Positions 16,692 through 22,399 of a DNA stretch of 22,399 nt are shown one piece after another. This DNA comes from a bacterium (lineage in GTDB: Bacteria > Zhuqueibacterota > Zhuqueibacteria > Oceanimicrobiales > Oceanimicrobiaceae). Under the pieces are notes generated by a model. That model was not told the DNA's origin. It ran no database searches and saw only the letters and a program-made list of their open reading frames with translations. Both the position numbers and the translations under genes were made by a program. Every line of letters starts with the position of its first letter. Position 1 is the stretch's first letter. The stretch covers positions 1 to 22,399 of the forward strand of contig JBHHYI010000064.1 of NCBI GenBank assembly GCA_046757525.1, written 5' to 3'.

Positions 16692-18389
16692 ATGAAAATC
16701 ACGATCTACCTCCTCATCCATTTTGTTCTCATCGTTATCCCTCTATTTGCACACGACCGCATCACGGGCCGGCATTTCGCCACCCGTTCTGAGGTCATTG
16801 CCCAGCACGGCATGGCCGCAACCAGCCAGCCGTTGGCGACCCAGGTGGCGCTGGACATCCTCAAGCGTGGCGGCAGCGCTGTTGACGCAGCCATCGCTGC
16901 CAACGCCATGTTGGGTCTGGTGGAACCCACCGGCAACGGCATTGGGGGCGACCTGTTCGCCATCGTCTGGGACGCCAAGACCCAAAAATTGTACGGTTTA
17001 AACGCCAGCGGCCGTTCTCCTTATTCTCTAACCCTGGACTATTTTAAAAAGCACGGCTTGAAGCACATTCCCGCTCACGGTCCCCTGCCTGTTTCCGTAC
17101 CTGGCTGTGTAGACGGCTGGTTCGAATTGCACAAAAAATTCGGCAAGTTGCCTATGACAGACATCCTGGCACCAACCATCAAGTACGCGAGAGAGGGCTT
17201 CCCGGTGTCGGAACTGATCGCCTATTACTGGCAGCGCAGCGTGCCGGTTTTGCAGAAATGGCCTGGCTTCAAAGAAACCTACATGCCCAACGGGCGGGCG
17301 CCCAGGAAAGGAGAAATCTTCAAAAATCCCAACCTGGGCAATACGTTGGAAAAGATCGCCAAAGGCGGACGCGATGTGTTTTACAAAGGCGACATCGCCC
17401 GCACCATCGATGCTTTCATGAAGCGCGTGGGTGGCTTTTTGTCCTACAAAGACCTGGCCGACCACCATTCCGAGTGGGTGGAACCGGTGTCCACCAGCTA
17501 CCGTGGCTACGACATCTGGGAGCTGCCACCCAACGGCCAGGGCATCGCTGCTTTGCAGATTCTCAACATTTTGGAAGGCTTTGACCTCAAGGCCATGGGC
17601 TTCGGCAGCGCCGACTATATTCACCACTTTGTCGAAGCCAAGAAGCTGGCCTTCGAAGACCGAGCCAAGTTTTACGCCGACCCTGACTTCAACACCATTC
17701 CGGTCAAACAGCTCATCTCCAAGGAATACGCGGCTGAGCGGCGCAAGCTCATCGACCCGCGTCGCGCGGCCCCCAGCTATGAGGCCGGTAATCCGGCCCT
17801 GTACGCCGGCGACACCATCTACCTCACCACCGCTGACAGTGAGGGCAACATGGTGTCTCTTATTCAGAGCAACTATCGCGGCATGGGCTCCGGACTCTCT
17901 CCCGACGGCCTGGGCTTCATCTTTCAGGACCGCGGCGAGCTGTTCGATCTCGAGGAAGGTCACTTCAACACCTACGCCCCGCACAAGCGCCCATTTCACA
18001 CCATCATTCCCGCGTTCATCACCAAAGACGGCAAACCGTTCATGAGCTTTGGCGTCATGGGGGGCGCCACCCAGCCCCAGGCGCACGTTCAGATCGTCGT
18101 AAACATCGTCGACTTTGGCATGAACCTGCAGGAAGCGGGCGATGCCCCGCGCATGCTGCACCAGGGCTCGTCCCAGCCTACAGGCGAGAAAATGACCGAC
18201 GGCGGCCACGTCTATTTAGAAACCGGCGTGCCGTACGAGTCCATTCGCGAGCTTGTCGAACGGGGTCACGACGTGGGCTACAACGTGGGCAGCTACGGCG
18301 GCTACCAGGCGATTCGCTACGATTGGGAAAACAAGGTCTACTACGGCGCTTCCGAGTCGCGCAAAGACGGTCAGGCCGCGGGATATTGA
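16692..18389 (+). CDS. ggt: Gamma-glutamyltransferase (exported)
   Basis: Signal peptide, GGSAVDAAIAA, GIGGDLF, WELPPNGQG, nucleophile GDTIYLTTAD, KRPFHTIIP, GVMGG and ASESRKDG. SD AAGGAG. Confidence 0.95.
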   Translation: MKITIYLLIHFVLIVIPLFAHDRITGRHFATRSEVIAQHGMAATSQPLATQVALDILKRGGSAVDAAIAANAMLGLVEPTGNGIGGDLFAIVWDAKTQKLYGLNASGRSPYSLTLDYFKKHGLKHIPAHGPLPVSVPGCVDGWFELHKKFGKLPMTDILAPTIKYAREGFPVSELIAYYWQRSVPVLQKWPGFKETYMPNGRAPRKGEIFKNPNLGNTLEKIAKGGRDVFYKGDIARTIDAFMKRVGGFLSYKDLADHHSEWVEPVSTSYRGYDIWELPPNGQGIAALQILNILEGFDLKAMGFGSADYIHHFVEAKKLAFEDRAKFYADPDFNTIPVKQLISKEYAAERRKLIDPRRAAPSYEAGNPALYAGDTIYLTTADSEGNMVSLIQSNYRGMGSGLSPDGLGFIFQDRGELFDLEEGHFNTYAPHKRPFHTIIPAFITKDGKPFMSFGVMGGATQPQAHVQIVVNIVDFGMNLQEAGDAPRMLHQGSSQPTGEKMTDGGHVYLETGVPYESIRELVERGHDVGYNVGSYGGYQAIRYDWENKVYYGASESRKDGQAAGY

Positions 18390-18450
18390 GGCCGCCGCGA
18401 TTGAACGCTTCTCAAATTTCTTCAAATTGTAAATCGCAAAGGAGACCAAC

Positions 18451-18930
18451 ATGTACAAGATCTTCATTACCTTCCAATCCTTCCTTCTTATTGTTCTGTT
18501 TAGCGCGGGTCTGAGCTTTGGGGCTAACGGGATGGTGAACGTGAAAAGCGCCCACAGCGTCACCGAAACCGCCAATCGGCTGGAAGCTATCCTTAAGAAA
18601 AAGGGTCTCAACGTGTTTGCCAGGATCGACCACGCAGCGGGGGCCAGCAAAATCGGCGCGGAATTACGCCCGACTGAACTGATCGTCTTTGGCAACCCGA
18701 AAGTCGGTACGCCACTGATGCAGTGCCAGCAAAGCGTGGCCATCGATCTGCCCCAGAAAGCATTGATCTGGCAGGACGAATCCAGCCAGGTCTGGTTTTC
18801 GTACAACGACCCGCAATACCTGGCCGATCGCCACGGCATCAAAGGGTGCGACGAAGTGATCCGGAAGATTCAGAACGCCTTGAGCAAATTGGCCGCTGCG
18901 TCCTGCAAAGCGGAAGACAAGGAGGAGTAG
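18451..18930 (+). CDS. DUF302 family exported protein
   Basis: Signal peptide, VFARIDHAAGA, LRPTELIVFGNPKVGTPLMQ and AIDLPQKALIW. SD AAGGAG. Confidence 0.9.
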   Translation: MYKIFITFQSFLLIVLFSAGLSFGANGMVNVKSAHSVTETANRLEAILKKKGLNVFARIDHAAGASKIGAELRPTELIVFGNPKVGTPLMQCQQSVAIDLPQKALIWQDESSQVWFSYNDPQYLADRHGIKGCDEVIRKIQNALSKLAAASCKAEDKEE

Positions 18931-19142
18931 ATTTCACGAGTACCATTTGAACGTCTCAAGCGCTCACATTTTGAAGCCTGCGTCGATTCTGGGTCCTTTG
19001 ATTTGAGGAAGACAGTCTGGATGCAGGCTTCTTTGGGTCTGGCTATCAGCATGCAACGCAAACGGCCTCGTTTGCGCGGTTCCCCAAGCGAGACGATGGC
19101 GTTGTCCAAGTACGCTATTTCATAATTGCAGTGGTGTATTTA

Positions 19143-19179
19143 GACAGGATGAACAAGATCGACAGGATTAAAGAGGATA
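19143..19179 (+). repeat. Degenerate 9-bp tandem repeat (RACARGATN)
   Basis: GACAGGATG AACAAGATC GACAGGATT AAAGAGGAT. Confidence 0.55.
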
Positions 19180-19356
19180 AAGTCCTCACAATCCGGTACA
19201 AACGGATTGCTTTAAATGTCGGAAACGCCAAAGGCAGCCCTGTGATGCAGGAGGCATCTTGTTACTGGTCAGCACTGTGCAGCCAGCCAACAAGATTCCT
19301 CCGGAATGACCACCGGAGGCTGTGAAAAAGGACGGCGACAGTTAGGGGTTTCCTGA

Positions 19357-19476
19357 AAGCACTGTGTGAGTCATCCCGAGTAGGTCACCGCTGTTCAGGT
19401 GACCGTATCGAGGGGTGACGGCCTTCGCCCTTCGATACGTCCCGACAAAAACCGGTCGGGACTACTCAGGACGACT
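19357..19476 (+). repeat. Repeat family A, copy 2
   Basis: AAGCACTGTGTGAGTCATCCCGAGTAGGTCAC...CTACTCAGGACGACT. Confidence 0.9.
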
Positions 19477-19537
19477 CCCTTAGGGTTCAAAGAAAAGCAA
19501 CGGGCAGTCCGCTCAAAAGGAACGTTCCGCCGCAGCT

Positions 19538-19662
19538 CTCGTCCTCAAACTCCTGTTTGGGGGACGCCCTTGCTCGATAAGCTCTGCTTCGAAGAGTCCG
19601 GGATGCCTCTCGAAGCGAAGCTTCTCTCCCAATTGCGTTCCATAATAAGATTTTGGAGCGAG
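19538..19662. repeat. Repeat D: degenerate CTCGT(T)CC...GAGCGAG REP-like element
   Basis: GTCCTCAAAC/GTTTGGGGGAC hairpin and AAGCTCTGCTTCG...CGAAGCGAAGCTT inverted pair. A related start, CTCGTTCCCATGCTCT, lies at 22384-22399. Confidence 0.55.
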
Positions 19663-19763
19663 GGCGGAGAAAAGGGGGACGGTTTTTGAAGCGTCCAGCG
19701 AAAAAAACCAAGGGATTTCCAGAGGCGTCCTGAAATCCCAGGCCAAAGATGCTGCGACCAGAG

Positions 19764-19851
19764 ATCCCTCTGATTTTCGTTCTGGACGAGCGAAAATCTG
19801 TCTCCTTTTAATAAGGAGAATGGACTACGCAATCGAGACGATTGCGTTACG
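19764..19851 (+). repeat. Repeat family C, copy 2
   Basis: Matches 8719-8805. Both copies are preceded by GAGGCGTCCTGAAA (8687 and 19722). Confidence 0.9.
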
Positions 19852-19967
19852 CACAACAGAGCGTTTCCAAAGAGTTTGCATTTTGTCAGTCCGACATCCG
19901 TCAAGGACCATCCCGCAGCCGCCCTGGTCTTTACCCATAACTATATGCTGGACACCGGGAGACAGTC

Positions 19968-20113
19968 ATAACATGTCACTCCTAACGGAGTTTGAGGATG
20001 CTGAGGGTGACGGCAACTATAAACATGCAACCCCTCACGGGGTTGAGTTCGCTTTTGTCAACATTATCTTTGCAGAAGAGCGGGAAAACCGCGTAGCGGT
20101 GATAGGTTTATAG
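19968..20113. repeat. Repeat E: three ~27-bp REP-like units (two forward, one inverted)
   Basis: ATAACATGTCACTCCTAACGGAGT (19968) and CTATAAACATGCAACCCCTCACGGGGTT (20017). The reverse complement of 20087-20113 is CTATAAACCTATCACCGCTACGCGGTT. Confidence 0.6.
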
Positions 20114-20134
20114 CAATTCACCCGTATTTTTCTA

Positions 20135-20164
20135 TTGACATGTTTGGTGATTAATGCGTATTTT
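20135..20164 (+). promoter_or_regulatory. Putative sigma70 promoter of rocD
   Basis: TTGACA (20135-20140), 18 nt spacer, TATTTT (20159-20164), about 65 nt upstream of the start. Confidence 0.4.
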
Positions 20165-20230
20165 ACCCAATCTTTTTCACACGGTTTCAAGAAGCTGTTT
20201 TCGTCAATCCAAGCAAAAGGAGGTCAACCG

Positions 20231-21427
20231 TTGTCAAAAACATCTGAGGATTTCATCGCTTTAGAGGACCAATATGGTGCCCACAACTACCATCCGCTGG
20301 ACATCGTCATAAGCCGGGCCCGGGGCGTGTGGGTCTATGACGTTGAAGGCAAGAAGTACCTGGACTGCTTGAGCGCTTATTCGGCTTTGAATCAGGGGCA
20401 TTGTCACCCCAGGATTTTAGAGGCCATGCGCGAACAAGCCACAAAAGTCACGCTCACTTCCAGGGCCTTTCGCAACGATCAGTTGCCGTTGTTTTGCGAG
20501 AAACTGGCGAAACTCTCGCAGATGGACCTGGTGCTGCCCATGAACTCCGGTGCCGAAGCCGTGGAGACGGCAATTAAAGCGGCGCGCAAATGGGGCTACA
20601 AAAACAAAGGTATTGCCAGCGAACCGGCTGAGATCATCGTCTGTGAGAACAACTTTCACGGCCGCACCACCACCATCGTCGGCTTCTCCACCGACGAGCA
20701 ATATCGCGACGGCTTTGGGCCGTTTACGCCCGGCTTCAAGGTCATTCCGTTTGGCGACGCGCAGGCGCTGGAGAACGCCATAACGCCCAATACGTGCGCC
20801 TTTCTGGTGGAGCCCATTCAGGGCGAGGCGGGCATCAATATTCCGCCGGCGGGCTATCTGAAGCGTGCCGAAGATATTTGTCGTCGCAACAACGTTTTGC
20901 TCGTGGTTGATGAGATTCAGACCGGGCTGGGCCGCACCGGCAAGCTTTTCGCCTTTGAGCACGAAGGCGTGAAGCCCGACGCCATCATCGTGGGCAAGGC
21001 GCTGTCGGGTGGCTTCTACCCGGTGTCGGCTGTGCTCGCCCGCCAGGAGGTGCTGGGCGTATTCAATCCCGGGGATCATGGCAGCACCTTCGGCGGCAAT
21101 CCGCTGGGCTGCGCTATCGCCCTGGCGGCCCTGGACGTTCTGTTGCAAGAAGGCTTAATCGAAAAAGCCGAAGCGCTGGGCAAGCCGTTCCTGGAAAAAT
21201 TGAAGACCATCAACAATCCTCACATTGTCGACATCCGCGGCAAAGGGTTGTTCATTGGAGTCGAATTGGACCAGAAGGTGCGACCTTATTGTGAAGCCCT
21301 AAAAGAGGAAGGCATGCTGTGCAAGGAAACGCACGAAAACGTCATTCGCATCGCCCCGCCGTTGGTGATTACTCAGGAAGAATTGGACTGGGCATTTGAG
21401 CGGCTCAAGAAGGTGCTTGAGAATTGA
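20231..21427 (+). CDS. rocD: Ornithine--oxo-acid aminotransferase (class III PLP enzyme)
   Basis: TTG start after SD AAGGAGGT. Motifs: [77 protein letters not shown] and [10 protein letters not shown]. Confidence 0.95.
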   Translation: MSKTSEDFIALEDQYGAHNYHPLDIVISRARGVWVYDVEGKKYLDCLSAYSALNQGHCHPRILEAMREQATKVTLTSRAFRNDQLPLFCEKLAKLSQMDLVLPMNSGAEAVETAIKAARKWGYKNKGIASEPAEIIVCENNFHGRTTTIVGFSTDEQYRDGFGPFTPGFKVIPFGDAQALENAITPNTCAFLVEPIQGEAGINIPPAGYLKRAEDICRRNNVLLVVDEIQTGLGRTGKLFAFEHEGVKPDAIIVGKALSGGFYPVSAVLARQEVLGVFNPGDHGSTFGGNPLGCAIALAALDVLLQEGLIEKAEALGKPFLEKLKTINNPHIVDIRGKGLFIGVELDQKVRPYCEALKEEGMLCKETHENVIRIAPPLVITQEELDWAFERLKKVLEN

Positions 21428-21562
21428 ACAGGCTGGCTCACGACATTTGGATTTGGTTCTTTTTTACTGCCAGGCCAGTGAGGCTGCTGACTGGCAACTT
21501 TTCAGGCACTTCCGATGAAGAAGGAACCTCCTGGGAAGACACTTCCAGACAAGGAAATCAAC

Positions 21563-22102
21563 ATGAAAAATCTTCACAAGCTATTTCTAATTCTATTGTT
21601 ACTGACTCTGAGCATTGGTTGCGATCAAATCACCAAAGATATCGCTCAAAAGAATCTGAAGTCCTCATTGCCCAGAACCTACTTGAACGACACGGTGCGT
21701 CTTCACTATGCAGAGAATCCGGGTTCCATGTTAGGCTTCGGTGCCCGGCTGCCGCAACGCATGCGCTTCTGGTTTTTGACGGTGCTGCCGGCCTGTTTTT
21801 TGGTAGGTCTGTTCGGCTATCTGTTGTTGAGTCGAAAGCTGACGCAGGCGCAGTTTTATGCCTTTTCTCTCATACTCGGTGGTGGCGTCAGCAACCTGCT
21901 CGACCGGTTCCTCAATGACGGAGTGGTCATAGATTTCATGAACATCGGCATTGGGCAAGTTCGAACGGGTATTTTTAATGTGGCAGACGTGTTGATTATG
22001 GCTGGTCTGGGGTTGCTCTTGCTGTTTAATGTAAGATTACGGCAAGGCAAGGAGTCCTCTGAGATAGCGTCAGCAGAGGACTTCGAGTCTTCTGGAAACT
22101 AA
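21563..22102 (+). CDS. lspA: Lipoprotein signal peptidase II
   Basis: ATG 21563 after AAGGA. Motifs: DQITK, ENPGSMLG, GGGVSNLLDR, VIDF and FNVAD. Four TM segments. Confidence 0.92.
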   Translation: MKNLHKLFLILLLLTLSIGCDQITKDIAQKNLKSSLPRTYLNDTVRLHYAENPGSMLGFGARLPQRMRFWFLTVLPACFLVGLFGYLLLSRKLTQAQFYAFSLILGGGVSNLLDRFLNDGVVIDFMNIGIGQVRTGIFNVADVLIMAGLGLLLLFNVRLRQGKESSEIASAEDFESSGN

Positions 22103-22113
22103 ATGTGCCATTT

Positions 22114-22142
22114 CACACAAAGCGCTGTGCACGCTTTGTGTG
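22114..22142 (+). terminator. Perfect 11-bp hairpin just after lspA
   Basis: CACACAAAGCG, 7 nt loop, CGCTTTGTGTG. The U-tract is weak. Confidence 0.45.
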
Positions 22143-22178
22143 CGTTTACATGAAAGAAACAACCGAAGCGTTTCCTGG

Positions 22179-22299
22179 AAGCACTGCGCGAGTCATCCTG
22201 AGTAGGTCACTGCATTTCAAGTGACCGTATCGAGGGGTGACGGGCATCGCCCTTCGATACGTCCCGACTAAAAACCGGTCGGGACTACTCAGGACGACT
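22179..22299 (+). repeat. Repeat family A, copy 3
   Basis: AAGCACTGCGCGAGTCATCCTGAGTAGGTCAC...CTACTCAGGACGACT. Confidence 0.9.
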
Positions 22300-22399
22300 A
22301 CCTTTGTGCTCAAAGAGAATTAACTGTCGTTTTGCTCAGAGGAGCGTTTGTACACGTTGCTGCGCTGTGGCCATTACCACGCCCTCGTTCCCATGCTCT

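Noticed and set aside
17028..18209. 393-aa minus-strand ORF; likewise 4640-5200, 6631-7284, 11169-11699, 18216-18842 and 20417-21148
   Set aside because: These are antisense shadows of ggt, pilC, pilB, pilT, DUF302 and rocD caused by codon bias.
19399..20113. Small ORFs in repeat regions (8412-8594, 19131-19325, 19399-19689, 19820-20113)
   Set aside because: They are translations of palindromic repeats; the shared MTVSRGDGL start merely reflects repeat A.
21563..22102. LspA acting as the missing pilin peptidase
   Set aside because: It is a typical A8 signal peptidase II, 5 kb away behind unrelated genes, and the pilins have no lipobox Cys.

Overview
This bacterial window has all credible genes on the + strand. 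The origin is plausibly an FCB-group lineage such as Ignavibacteria, Calditrichota or KSB1; this is inferred from protein style and not verified. Positions 1-3773 hold a Ser/Thr-signalling block: the C-terminal part of a membrane-anchored PP2C-like phosphatase, a small membrane-anchored TPR-like protein, and a TPR + degenerate class III cyclase + pseudokinase protein. Positions 3917-16270 hold a compact, atypical type IV pilus (T4aP-like) cluster: pilin, PilC, PilB, three minor pilins, PilT, a PilM-PilN fusion, a PilO(-PilP) fusion and a short secretin with a C-terminal SPOR domain. All four pilin-like proteins lack the usual class III leader peptide and Glu+5, and no prepilin peptidase lies in the window. 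Positions 16692-22102 hold housekeeping genes (ggt, DUF302, rocD, lspA). Intergenic regions 8345-8917, 18931-20230 and 22103-end carry several families of small palindromic repeats, including a three-copy ~115-120 nt four-way-junction element with a compensatory base-pair change. No CRISPR, tRNA, rRNA or transposase was seen.
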